A stretch of DNA of 64,000 nt from Alphaproteobacteria bacterium 43-37 (lineage in GTDB: Bacteria; Pseudomonadota; Alphaproteobacteria; 43-37): the NCBI GenBank assembly GCA_001897475.1, contig MKSY01000016.1, positions 1,177 through 65,176 of the forward strand. The letters are read 5' to 3'. The notes beneath the pieces were generated by a model. The model was not told where the DNA came from. It saw only the letters and a program-made list of their open reading frames with translations, and searched no databases. Below, piece by piece: positions 41,784 through 51,689 of this stretch (position 1 is its first letter; each line of letters begins with the position of its first letter). Made by a program: the position numbers and the translations under genes.

Positions 41784-43085
41784 GTGATTCAACAGTGGTT
41801 TAAAGACACTAAGGTATACCTCGAACCTCGTATTATTGCCATCGGGTTTCTAGGTTTCTTTAGTGGCCTTCCACTTCCCATTACCACATCAACCCTCACT
41901 TTTTGGCTTTCAAAAGTTGGCGTCAATTATACGTCTCTTGGCCTTTTTGCATTAGCTGGCATTCCATACACTTTAAAGTTCTTATGGGCTCCATTGCTTG
42001 ATAATATGAGAATCCCACTGTTGACCAGCTTTTTTGGCCAACGTAGAGGCTGGATGATTTTTGCTCAAATTGGATTGATTATTTCTTTCTTTGGTTTAGC
42101 CTTTTCAGATCCACAAACCCACCTTGAACATGTTGCCATTTGGATATTTCTTGTATCTACTTTTAGTGCCACTCAAGACATCGCCATTGACGCTTATCGC
42201 GTAGAAACTTTAAATGACCGCCAATATGGTGCCGGAGCGGCTATTGGCGTCCTTGGATATCGCATTGGTATGCTAGCTTCAGGGGCAGGTGCGATTGTTT
42301 TTGCTAGTTATTACGGCTGGCAAACATGCTTTACTTTAGTTGCTATTGTTATGTCCTTGGGTGTGATTGCTGTACTTTCGCAGCCAGAACCTTTTCGGTT
42401 AACTGGAAGTGAAAATGAGCAACAAAGCTTGCTCTCTCACGATCAGGCAGCGCGCGTTAGCAGATGGATTACGGATACAATTGCATCACCGTTTAAAAAT
42501 TTTATGAGTAAGCCCTATTGGTTATTAGTCATTATCTTTATCCTCATCTACAAGGTAAGTGATGCTATGATTGGCCATATGGCAACTCCACTTTACAATT
42601 ATTTGCAATTCACACCGGGTGAAATTGCAGCGGCTGCGAAAGTTTTTGGCCTTTGGGCTACTATTGCTGGTGGCTTTATTGGGGGAATTATCACCACCAG
42701 ATTAACCATTGGAAAGGCGCTTTTCATTGGAGCCATTTTGCAAACAGTTTCGAATGCCGCTTATCTTATTTTGCTTGCTAATGGCCACCAACTTACCATT
42801 TTATATTCAACTATCCTTATAGAAAACTTATGCAGCGGAATTTCCACTGCTGCTTTAATAGCTTATTTGTGTCATCTTTGTTCTGTGCAATTTGCAGCCA
42901 CACAATTTGCTCTCATGAGTGCCCTTGCCGCTATCCCCCGCACTGTATTTGCAGCTTCGTCGGGTTATCTTGTCGATAAACTAGGCTGGACACAATTTTT
43001 TATTGCAACAATTATTTTAGGCATTCCTGCTATTGGGCTAGCATGGTTCTTTGCAAATAAGAGCGTGCAGCATCATGAAGCTTGA
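41784..43085 (+). CDS. ampG: AmpG-family MFS permease, paralog 1
   Basis: 433 aa, 12-14 TM. N-terminal AmpG pattern IAIGFLGFFSGLP...LKFLWAPLLD...FGQRRGW. Confidence 0.8.
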   Translation: MIQQWFKDTKVYLEPRIIAIGFLGFFSGLPLPITTSTLTFWLSKVGVNYTSLGLFALAGIPYTLKFLWAPLLDNMRIPLLTSFFGQRRGWMIFAQIGLIISFFGLAFSDPQTHLEHVAIWIFLVSTFSATQDIAIDAYRVETLNDRQYGAGAAIGVLGYRIGMLASGAGAIVFASYYGWQTCFTLVAIVMSLGVIAVLSQPEPFRLTGSENEQQSLLSHDQAARVSRWITDTIASPFKNFMSKPYWLLVIIFILIYKVSDAMIGHMATPLYNYLQFTPGEIAAAAKVFGLWATIAGGFIGGIITTRLTIGKALFIGAILQTVSNAAYLILLANGHQLTILYSTILIENLCSGISTAALIAYLCHLCSVQFAATQFALMSALAAIPRTVFAASSGYLVDKLGWTQFFIATIILGIPAIGLAWFFANKSVQHHEA

Positions 43086-43131
43086 TGTTTTTCTTCTCAA
43101 TGAGTAACAACTCTATGAACAGGTATAAAAA

Positions 43132-44469
43132 GTGAAAGAACGTTGGAAAAAAATTTACCGCAAATTCTCTGACCGCAGAATTGTGACGCAGCTTTTCTTA
43201 GGTTTCTCTGGGGGCCTTCCTTTTTTGCTTACAGGCCAGACCTTTAACCACTGGCTAAAAAAATCAAATGTTAGTTTAACTGAAATAGGTTTTTTAGCCA
43301 TTATTGCAGCACCATATTTTCTACGTTTTCTCTGGGCTCCAATCATTGACCATACCCATATTCCTTACCTCACAAACCGGTTAGGCCAACGACGTAGCTG
43401 GGCACTTTTGAGTCAAACTAGCTTAATTATAAGTATTCTTGCCCTATCATTTTGCAACCCATCACAAAACATTTTGGCTACAGCCTTTTGCGCCTTCTTG
43501 GTTGCCCTTTCATCTGCTACCCAGGATATTGTTTTGGATGCCTACCGCGTAGAAATATTAGACAAATCTGAATATGGTATTGGCGCTTCCAACTACGTTC
43601 TCGGTTATCGCATCGGCATTATGATTGCTGGTTCTGGGGCTATATTTTTATCCACTGCCTTAAACTGGAATCTCACCTACAGAATTGTAGCAGTCCTTGT
43701 TCTTGTTGGGATGATAACTATTCTTCGTAGCCCTGAGCCACGCCAGGAGAATAGACAAAGCAATGAGCATAATAGCCTTAAAAATAAACCTGATGAGCAA
43801 AATGCTTTAAAGTGGTATGGACACACCATATGGAGCATTCTCAAAGATTTTTCCCATCAGCAAAAATGGGGAGCTGTTATTGCCTTTATTATGCTTTACA
43901 AAATTAGCGATAACTTGCTTGGCGGGATGTTTAATCCATTTTTGCTTGATATTGGATTTTTAGACACTTCAATTGCGTGGGCTCAGAATGTTGGTCTATG
44001 GACGAGTATTTTTGGAGCGACTCTAGCGGGGATCTTGATCAGCCGATTTGGCCTTTTTAACATTATGATTTTATGCGGTATTTTAGAAGCTGTATCTAAC
44101 CTTATGTTTGTTTTGCTTGCTAAAACAGGCGCCAGCTTGCCGCTGCTTTACGTATCAACAATTATTGAAAATGTCACTAGCGGTATGGCTGTCGCGGCTT
44201 ACGTTACGTTCTTATCCAGCGTTTGTAGCGTATCTTCTACCGCAACACATTATGCCATCATGACATCCCTATCCTCATTTGGCCGCATTATTGTTTGCCT
44301 CCCTTCTGGCTGGATCGCGGAACATCATGGCTGGTCCAAATTCTTCAGCCTATCTGCGCTAGCGGGTATACCAGCGGTAATACTGTTATTTTATGTTGGC
44401 CCACGCTTATTAAATAAACGAATTGATGGAAATGAAACTGACGACGAAGCTGCAGCAAAAACTACTTAA
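43132..44469 (+). CDS. AmpG-family MFS permease, paralog 2
   Basis: 445 aa with a GTG start. Same motifs (LKFLWAPIID, LGQRRSW). Confidence 0.75.
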   Translation: MKERWKKIYRKFSDRRIVTQLFLGFSGGLPFLLTGQTFNHWLKKSNVSLTEIGFLAIIAAPYFLRFLWAPIIDHTHIPYLTNRLGQRRSWALLSQTSLIISILALSFCNPSQNILATAFCAFLVALSSATQDIVLDAYRVEILDKSEYGIGASNYVLGYRIGIMIAGSGAIFLSTALNWNLTYRIVAVLVLVGMITILRSPEPRQENRQSNEHNSLKNKPDEQNALKWYGHTIWSILKDFSHQQKWGAVIAFIMLYKISDNLLGGMFNPFLLDIGFLDTSIAWAQNVGLWTSIFGATLAGILISRFGLFNIMILCGILEAVSNLMFVLLAKTGASLPLLYVSTIIENVTSGMAVAAYVTFLSSVCSVSSTATHYAIMTSLSSFGRIIVCLPSGWIAEHHGWSKFFSLSALAGIPAVILLFYVGPRLLNKRIDGNETDDEAAAKTT

Positions 44470-45742
44470 CTTCCTCAAAGGCTTTGCGGATAAGAAGGTA
44501 CTCACTCTCTTGTTGTTCGGCATTTCAAGTGCTGTGCCGTATGTTATGATCTTGGGCACACTTAGTGTTTGGTTAACGGAAATTGGCTTTACAAAAACAC
44601 TGATTGGTTATTTTGCTATTATTAGTGCAACTTATCCTTTCAAATTTTTATGGGCTCCCTACGTTGATACTTGGCAGATACCTTGGCTTGGCAAACGTTT
44701 AGGTCAACGCCGAAGCTGGATATTATGTAGCCAGGTAGCCGTTATCATTGGCTTGATTCTTATGGGATGGACCAATCCTGTCGAACAGTTTGTTCCATTC
44801 ATTTGTTTTAGCATTCTTGTGGCATTTGCCTCTGCTATCCAGGATATAGCCGTTGAAGCTTATCGGGTAGAAACTTTATCTGTAACTCAGCTTGGATTTG
44901 GCGCTGGCATGAGCGGATTTGGTTATCGCATTGGTATGTTAACGGCAGGAGCAGGATCTTTATATGTTTCATCCTTTTTTAGCTCTTGGACTATGGCCTA
45001 TACGATTATGTCTTTTTTAGTAGGCCTTGGGATTATGGCTGTCTGGCTTGCCGAAGAACCTCTTTTAATTGATAAAATGGCCACAACCTCATTTAATAAG
45101 CGCTCATTCATTGATAGCGCAAAACAGTTCTTCCATCAGCCTAAATCATGGGCAATGTTCATATTTATTGCGCTTTATAAAATGAACGATGCGATGGTTA
45201 TGGTCATGATGGCTCCTTTTGTTGAGCATATTGGCTTTACGAAAGTGGATATTGCCAACATCGTTAAATTGCTCGGAACAGGTATGATGATGTTTGGGGC
45301 ATTAAGTGGTGGGTTTCTCATGTCCAGGTTTGGCAGCTTTTTAACCTTGCGAGCTTGCATAGCATCCTTAACAAGTGTTAGTAGCCTTTTCATCATCCTA
45401 TCTCTTCTTGGCCATAATTATATGATGCTCACCGCTACTATGGCTATTGAGCATTTTGTCAGCGGTATGTTCTCCTCGTCTTTGATTGCCTATCTTTGCA
45501 CAAAGTGTCGCCCTGGAAACGCTGGAGCTGACTTTGCTTTCATCTCTTCCTACAACTCATTTTGCCGTGTGGTTTTTTCATTCTTCTCTGGCTGGCTGGC
45601 CGATCATTTAGGTTGGACCGGTTTTTTCTCACTAATTTTAGTAGCCACCATTCCGGGCATCTTTTTAATCAATCGTTTTAAAGACGTTTTCAGTACTATC
45701 CCTCCAGCCCACGATAATTCGATTATATCGGTCTTAAAGTAA
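44423..45742 (+). CDS. AmpG-family MFS permease, paralog 3
   Basis: 439 aa. Same motifs (FKFLWAPYVD, LGQRRSW). The start is ambiguous (ATGs at 44423, 44426 and 44432) and overlaps the end of paralog 2. Confidence 0.75.
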   Translation: MMEMKLTTKLQQKLLNFLKGFADKKVLTLLLFGISSAVPYVMILGTLSVWLTEIGFTKTLIGYFAIISATYPFKFLWAPYVDTWQIPWLGKRLGQRRSWILCSQVAVIIGLILMGWTNPVEQFVPFICFSILVAFASAIQDIAVEAYRVETLSVTQLGFGAGMSGFGYRIGMLTAGAGSLYVSSFFSSWTMAYTIMSFLVGLGIMAVWLAEEPLLIDKMATTSFNKRSFIDSAKQFFHQPKSWAMFIFIALYKMNDAMVMVMMAPFVEHIGFTKVDIANIVKLLGTGMMMFGALSGGFLMSRFGSFLTLRACIASLTSVSSLFIILSLLGHNYMMLTATMAIEHFVSGMFSSSLIAYLCTKCRPGNAGADFAFISSYNSFCRVVFSFFSGWLADHLGWTGFFSLILVATIPGIFLINRFKDVFSTIPPAHDNSIISVLK

Positions 45743-45832
45743 CCCTTGACCACACATTCGATTTGTGTAACGGTATTCAAGATACTGATGAAAAATAATA
45801 AACGTTGAAACCTTAAACCGTACATAAGGAAA

Positions 45833-46477
45833 ATGAGCATGCCCAATAATCATGGCGGCACGAGGCATGGTGCAGGTCGCCCACCTGGAACAGGCAAATA
45901 TAAACAGCCGACAACTGTAGTCCGCATTCCACAAAATCTTCTGCCAACAGTCCATGCCTTGTTGAAGAATCCCTCACCTGATTACGGAAGCCCGACTAAT
46001 AATAACCATGAGCTGGCCATAAATCCACTCGCCTATCCCCATGGCGAAGGCATTGCCTCCGTCAGTAGCGTTGATCAATCATCTACACACGCTTTGGTTC
46101 CCCTTTATGAAAGTCGTGTTGCAGCAGGATTTCCCTCCCCAGCCAGTGATTATGAGGAAGGAAAAATCGATTTAAACGATATGCTCATTCGCCATCCAGC
46201 GGCTACGTTTCTGGTACGTGTACAAGGTGAATCTATGTTAGGGGCAGGCATTCATCCAAATGATATCCTTGTGGTTGATCGCTCGCTTACACCTAACCCT
46301 GGGCGTATTGTTATCGCTGTAGTAGATGGCGAGCTCACCGTTAAACGGCTACTTAAGGCACACAATCAAATCATTCTCATGCCTGAGAACGAAGCCTTCC
46401 AGCCTATACATATTTCTGATCAACAAAACTTTATGGTCTGGGGCGTGGTCACCAATGTGATCCACTCGGTACTGTGA
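45833..46477 (+). CDS. umuD: UmuD-like S24 autopeptidase with a roughly 90-aa N-terminal extension
   Basis: C-terminal 120 aa match UmuD almost motif for motif: AAGFPSPASDYEEGKIDLNDMLIRHPAATFLVRVQGESM...TVKRL...VWGVV. It has an Ala-Gly cleavage site, a Ser in GESM and a Lys in TVKRL. The extension contains a strand-helix segment (TTVVRIPQNLLPTVHALLKN). Confidence 0.85.
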   Translation: MSMPNNHGGTRHGAGRPPGTGKYKQPTTVVRIPQNLLPTVHALLKNPSPDYGSPTNNNHELAINPLAYPHGEGIASVSSVDQSSTHALVPLYESRVAAGFPSPASDYEEGKIDLNDMLIRHPAATFLVRVQGESMLGAGIHPNDILVVDRSLTPNPGRIVIAVVDGELTVKRLLKAHNQIILMPENEAFQPIHISDQQNFMVWGVVTNVIHSVL

Positions 46478-46726
46478 GTGGGCATTAGTTGGGGCCCTGA
46501 TGAATGGCGTTTTACAAGTAAAAAATTTAACGTAGTGTGATTTTATAGCAACCAGTTTTTACCGCCATTTAAATTATGAATCGTAACAATCCAAACAATC
46601 ATAGTTGCCAAATTTAGGAAGCCTATCTAGGATTAAAATCTGTAGCGTTGTACAAATTGTGGATTAAAGATGATTAAGCGCCCTATGTAGATTGAAGAAA
46701 ATGATAATGCCACCAATGTAAGCCAT

Positions 46727-47698
46727 TTACTTGAAACTATGATTTTGAAGCCATGTTTTGCTTATGTCACTCTTCAAAGTTGACAACATAAAGTCGCGAA
46801 AGGCTCTTATTTTTGCATTATCTTTTCCATAAGCTGGATAAACTAAATTAACTGCCCCACCAATGCTCATTGCTGGATCATATAGCCCTTGAAACAATTG
46901 AATAAACTCAGTGTTTCTTGCTAAATACTTAGGTATTGTACCAATTCCTAAGCCGTTTTGTATTAGAAGTTTGCATTGAACAGTATCATCCATAATAGCT
47001 GTATGCGCTCTAGGGGAACTACACTTTCGTCCTAGGTAAAGTAGCGGATTATTCTTGGCATCATCTCGATAATCTGTGTAAGCATTATTCCACTCATAAC
47101 GAAAGATATTATGGCAGTCTAAATCTTCGAAGGTTTCAGGCAAGCCATATTTATCAATATAGCTTTTGTGAGCATATGGATAAAATTCTGCTTTTCCTAG
47201 CTCTTTCCAAATAAACAACGAATTGTTTGGTATTGGTAACCCTGTTAAACCCACAAAAGCACCATTTAATTGCCCGGCATAAGTAAGGGCTTTAGATTCC
47301 TCCGCCCTAACATTTAAAAAAACAGTTGGATACCGCACATGGAATTCTCCTCCATATTCTGAAATGAAAGCTCGACAAAAATTCTCGCCAATCACACGGA
47401 GTTCGCCAGAAGCACCGTATTGGATTTCGCGAATATCAGCCGTTAGCTTTTCAACGTTCTCGTAGATATTTGAAGCATGTTGCTCGAGGTACTGTCCAGC
47501 TTCGGTTAAAATTAATCCTGTTGAATATGCTTTAAGCAATTCAACATCTCCTAACTGTTCTTCAAGTCGTTTGATCCGCCGGCTTACTGTTGGCTGTTCC
47601 ACACCGATAACTTCCGAAGCTTCAGTCAATGTTTTGCACTGAACCACAGTCATAAACGTTTTCAGGAGGTCAATATCAATCATGTAAAACCTTGTCAA
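46727..47698 (-). CDS. LysR-family transcriptional regulator
   Basis: 323 aa. N-terminal HTH LTEASEVIGVEQPTVSRRIKRLEEQLG and a C-terminal substrate-binding domain. Confidence 0.9.
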   Translation of the reverse strand: MTRFYMIDIDLLKTFMTVVQCKTLTEASEVIGVEQPTVSRRIKRLEEQLGDVELLKAYSTGLILTEAGQYLEQHASNIYENVEKLTADIREIQYGASGELRVIGENFCRAFISEYGGEFHVRYPTVFLNVRAEESKALTYAGQLNGAFVGLTGLPIPNNSLFIWKELGKAEFYPYAHKSYIDKYGLPETFEDLDCHNIFRYEWNNAYTDYRDDAKNNPLLYLGRKCSSPRAHTAIMDDTVQCKLLIQNGLGIGTIPKYLARNTEFIQLFQGLYDPAMSIGGAVNLVYPAYGKDNAKIRAFRDFMLSTLKSDISKTWLQNHSFK

Positions 47699-47880
47699 AT
47701 ATCTTAAGCCAACAGCTCATAACATACCCATTAATAGTTAAAAAAAACCTCAGCCTTTTGAGGAGCTGAGGGTTCTTTCTGCGGTCTTCAATCTGGCCCT
47801 TATCTTGCGGCCTTGTCCATTGATATAAAGTTTTATAGCAAATCTTATGGGCAGATTAAATAGACTCTCATGTATTCATT

Positions 47881-47901
47881 GCATACCAGATGAGTATATG
47901 C
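47881..47901. promoter_or_regulatory. Candidate LysR-type (T-N11-A) operator: GCATAC-N7-GTATATGC interrupted dyad
   Basis: Inverted repeat ATAC-N7-GTAT in the lysR-umuC intergenic region, about 150 bp upstream of umuC. Confidence 0.35.
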
Positions 47902-48039
47902 TTTGGCTTAAAAACACTCTTGCATCTTATTTTGATTTATGTAACGATAATCATGTGGCGCTATAATCCTCATATTGAAAGGGCAGGATCATGAAAAACA
48001 TTTCTCAAAACTATTTAACAACAACACTGTGGTGATTTC

Positions 48040-49323
48040 ATGAACAACACTTCTTCTTACCAGGAGGCATACAAACCCATTGCCCTACTCGATTGCAATA
48101 ATTTCTATGTCTCCTGCGAGAGGGCTTTTAACCCGAAGCTTCACAACAAGCCTGTTGTTGTCCTTTCGAATAATGATGGATGCGTGGTTGCTCGTTCACA
48201 GGAAGCAAAGCAACTTGGGATCAAAATGGGCATTCCATTTTTCCAAATCCGCCACCTTGTGCACGAGCAAGGTTTGACTACCTTATCTTCCAATTATGCT
48301 TTGTATGCGGATATGTCAAACCGTTGTATGCACCTTATTAAGCAGTTTTCACCACGCATTGAAATTTATTCCATTGATGAAAGCTTTATGGATCTTAGCC
48401 ATATTCCAGAAAGCTGCTTGATGGAGTATGCAATCAGCATTCAAGACACTATCGAGACTGTTTTAGGCCTGCCGATTTCGATCGGGATCGCGGCCAACAA
48501 AACACTCGCTAAAGTGACTAGCTTGTTTGCAAAAAAACACCCAGAGGGGATCTTTATGATCAATCGACAACACCAATTAGGCCCTCTCTTGAGCCAAATC
48601 CCAGTTGAAGGCATATGGGGCATTGGTCACCGTCTTTCCCTAAGGCTTCGTAAAAAAGGGATTTATACAGCCGAAGACTTGAGGCAATGCCGCATGAGTC
48701 ATCAATTTAATCATTTTGATGTTCAATTACGACGCTTGATTCTTGAGCTAGATGGTGTTTGTTGTCGCCCTGTTGAAGAAGAGGCTAGCGATCCTAAAAG
48801 CATTGCTTGTACCCGTTCTTTCATGAAAGGCCAGACATCTTTACACACTCTTGGCGAAGCTGTTGCGACATTTGCTTCAAAAGCGGCTGAGAAGCTGCGC
48901 AAATCCAAGCAACATGCACGAGCTGTGATGGTTTATCTAAGAACCAGCCCATTTAAACAACCTGATTCTTTTTATAAAAACACAGCCATTATTCCTCTCT
49001 CCCCTTCCACAGCGGATACCCGGCGAATCATTCAGGCTAGTTTAACTGCATTAAACAGCATTTTTAAACCGAACCTAACGTACCAAAAAGCAGGTGTCAT
49101 TTTGCTTGATTTGCTAGCAGAACAATCATATGACGCCACATTATTCGAAACACGCCAAGATAATCATCGTCTTATGGAGGTCCTTGATAACACTAATGCG
49201 AGGTTTGGTGTGGGCACTCTCAAATTTTTAGCTGCAGGCGTCAACAACGCTTGGATAACCTTGCCACAAAACCGCTCACCACGATACACGACGCATGTGA
49301 AAGAGTTGATGGTAGTATCTTAA
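48040..49323 (+). CDS. umuC: Translesion DNA polymerase V catalytic subunit (Y-family polymerase)
   Basis: 427 aa. [12 protein letters not shown]...[15 protein letters not shown]...IYSIDESF. The C-terminal motif SPRYTT is diagnostic of UmuC/MucB rather than DinB. Confidence 0.9.
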   Translation: MNNTSSYQEAYKPIALLDCNNFYVSCERAFNPKLHNKPVVVLSNNDGCVVARSQEAKQLGIKMGIPFFQIRHLVHEQGLTTLSSNYALYADMSNRCMHLIKQFSPRIEIYSIDESFMDLSHIPESCLMEYAISIQDTIETVLGLPISIGIAANKTLAKVTSLFAKKHPEGIFMINRQHQLGPLLSQIPVEGIWGIGHRLSLRLRKKGIYTAEDLRQCRMSHQFNHFDVQLRRLILELDGVCCRPVEEEASDPKSIACTRSFMKGQTSLHTLGEAVATFASKAAEKLRKSKQHARAVMVYLRTSPFKQPDSFYKNTAIIPLSPSTADTRRIIQASLTALNSIFKPNLTYQKAGVILLDLLAEQSYDATLFETRQDNHRLMEVLDNTNARFGVGTLKFLAAGVNNAWITLPQNRSPRYTTHVKELMVVS

Positions 49324-49391
49324 AAAAGCTTCACAAATCAAATCACACCAAATATGATGGAATTAGGCAGAAAAAATAGCAGGCTAACCCA

Positions 49392-49706
49392 ATGAAAAAT
49401 ATCACAGATGAATCTTTTGAAACCGACGTTATACAGTCCGACCTCCCAGTAGTCGTTGATTTTTGGGCTGAATGGTGTGGCCCCTGCCGCATGCTCGCGC
49501 CCGTTTTGGATGAATTATCCGAAGAGCTTTCAGGGAAGGTTTCCATCGTCAAAATAAATATTGATGAAAACCCTGAAATACCTACCAGCTTTGGAATAAG
49601 ATCTATCCCAACCTTAATGATTTTCAAAGGTGGGGAAAGAATCGCCGTTCAAACTGGTGGATCCCCAAAAACGAGTCTTAAGTCCTGGATTGAGTCTAAT
49701 ATATAA
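49392..49706 (+). CDS. trxA: Thioredoxin
   Basis: 104 aa. Active site WAEWCGPCR. Confidence 0.95.
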   Translation: MKNITDESFETDVIQSDLPVVVDFWAEWCGPCRMLAPVLDELSEELSGKVSIVKINIDENPEIPTSFGIRSIPTLMIFKGGERIAVQTGGSPKTSLKSWIESNI

Positions 49707-49761
49707 ATATCAAACCAAAAATATTAGCTGCCTAGATGATCCACCTTGTAAGGTGTAATAA

Positions 49762-50109
49762 CTACTGCATCAATTGGAAGTAGTTAGGATGCAGGAAGTA
49801 GTTAGGATACTGACCAATAGGCGGTGGGGTTATGCAGCTGAACCATACGATCCATGAAAATGGTGAATAAAACTCCTCAGATAAGCTGTTACAACAGTTA
49901 TTCCATTCTCTACAAATCTCAGTGTGGCTTATTTTCTGCTCTTGGCCTACCGGAAGAGCAGTTTGCTGATTTGTTACTGACACCACTCCATTAGCATTCG
50001 CAATCATTTCTTCGCAAATACCCCCATCACCACATTTTTGATCAGCAAAAGTTTGATGCGTTGATATAAACAAAGCTACTAAACTTAATAATAAAAATCT
50101 AGATATCAT
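49762..50109 (-). CDS. Hypothetical small secreted cysteine-rich protein
   Basis: ORF 49762-50136. Signal peptide from the ATG at 50109 (MISRFLLLSLVALFISTHQTFA). The mature part contains 7 Cys. Confidence 0.45.
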   Translation of the reverse strand: MISRFLLLSLVALFISTHQTFADQKCGDGGICEEMIANANGVVSVTNQQTALPVGQEQKISHTEICREWNNCCNSLSEEFYSPFSWIVWFSCITPPPIGQYPNYFLHPNYFQLMQ

Positions 50110-50201
50110 AATTCCTCCATAATTCAGGAGCAACATAGAGAACTAAGCACATAATTTTCAACAAAATTTTTGAAACCTAACGAAAGATAAATAAAGAGAC
50201 T

Positions 50202-51122
50202 CTATTTTAAATGCTTACGCACAATTTCTAACAGAGTAGTGACTAAAGGATTATCCAGATAGGTACAATGCACGGTAGCAAAGACATTGATTTTTGTCGA
50301 AAAACTTTCAGGCAGAACTTGAACTAGCTTAAGTTGCTGTTTTGCCACCATCTCTTTTGCATAATGGCAAATACCTAAGCTTCGTTCAGATAGCTCAGCC
50401 GCAGGGATCGAGTTATTCACTGAGCAACGAATCTTTGGTGATAATCTTTCTTTCTTAAAAAATTTAGAAACCAAGTCAAGCTCTGTCTGAATATGCGAAG
50501 AACTTAAATGTATAAAATCATGGAATTGAAGGTCAGAAGGTGTCTTCGGGAGCCCCTTCTCTTTAAGATACTCTTCAGAGCAATAAAAATACCCTGTCAT
50601 TTCAAGGATAGGAAGGCTTTCAAAAAGTGGATGATCAAAACGCACAGGCATCAAAACGATATCTATATTTTCTGAGGTTAACTCAGGCATATCAGATGTA
50701 AGATTGAGTCGAACTTCCACCAAAGGATACAGCGCAGAAAACTCTTTAACAATATCAGGGAGATAAATTGTTCCCAAAGGAATAGTTGTCACAATGTTAA
50801 TAACTTTGATCTTCTTGTCTTGATGCAAAGCAATAATCTTACGGTTTGTTTCAGCCAAACCCTGAAACATCTCTGATAACGCTTGATATAATAACCGGCC
50901 AGCTGGCGTAAGCTTGAGCCCTGAACTCAACCTTTCAAATAAGAAGACGCCCAGCTCTGTTTCTAAAGACGAAATTTGGTTGCTTAATGTAGGTTCAGCT
51001 GAACCAAGTTTTATTGCCGCAATTTTTCGGCTTCCAAAATGCGCGCAAGCATAAAACGCTCGTAAATTTGAGAAGTTAGTTTGCTGAAGGACACTATCTA
51101 AGAAAAATGACATCGGTTCCAT
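50202..51122 (-). CDS. LysR-family transcriptional regulator
   Basis: 306 aa. N-terminal HTH (LRAFYACAHFGSRKIAAIKLGSAEPTLSNQISSLETELG). Confidence 0.85.
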   Translation of the reverse strand: MEPMSFFLDSVLQQTNFSNLRAFYACAHFGSRKIAAIKLGSAEPTLSNQISSLETELGVFLFERLSSGLKLTPAGRLLYQALSEMFQGLAETNRKIIALHQDKKIKVINIVTTIPLGTIYLPDIVKEFSALYPLVEVRLNLTSDMPELTSENIDIVLMPVRFDHPLFESLPILEMTGYFYCSEEYLKEKGLPKTPSDLQFHDFIHLSSSHIQTELDLVSKFFKKERLSPKIRCSVNNSIPAAELSERSLGICHYAKEMVAKQQLKLVQVLPESFSTKINVFATVHCTYLDNPLVTTLLEIVRKHLK

Positions 51123-51318
51123 ACTTTTTTAGTTAACATTACGAGCCTATGACACTTCGCCCGCAAGTGTAAATAAAAAACTTAATTTTTCCCTGGAAAA
51201 ATTGACACAAACTCATCTCACAAGAATTTAAAAAAATAATTCAACCCCATTCAACCGTTTATTAAGAAAATTTCGTTATCCTAAAACTATAAAAAATCAA
51301 CCTAAGGATTCTGTTACC

Positions 51319-51642
51319 ATGAGTAAGTTTGGATTGTTTTTAAAAGATTGGTACCCAGTTGTTTGGCGCAGTTTATGCCTCGCTATCCTCATAGGGTTAA
51401 CTCTTGGTTTAAGCTCTGGATATGCTTTAGAGGCGTGGTCTTCAATGGATACTTTTGAGCTAAGCATCGCCCTTGGTTGCGCACTCTGGTTTGTATCACT
51501 CATCTCAGCCATCTATATAACCGAGCTTGCGATTAAACGCAAGATTCGCAAGTATGCATATGTATTGACGCCAAATCAAGGCATGACAACTCAAAAGACA
51601 CCTGTGAACCATAACCAAAGATTTTTTACACGCAAATTTTAA
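51319..51642 (+). CDS. Hypothetical small membrane protein
   Basis: 107 aa with two hydrophobic helices. Divergent from the LysR gene at 50202-51122. Confidence 0.45.
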   Translation: MSKFGLFLKDWYPVVWRSLCLAILIGLTLGLSSGYALEAWSSMDTFELSIALGCALWFVSLISAIYITELAIKRKIRKYAYVLTPNQGMTTQKTPVNHNQRFFTRKF

Positions 51643-51689
51643 TCGATCGCGTAAAAATTACTTTTGCTTATAGATTTTTAAATTAAAAG

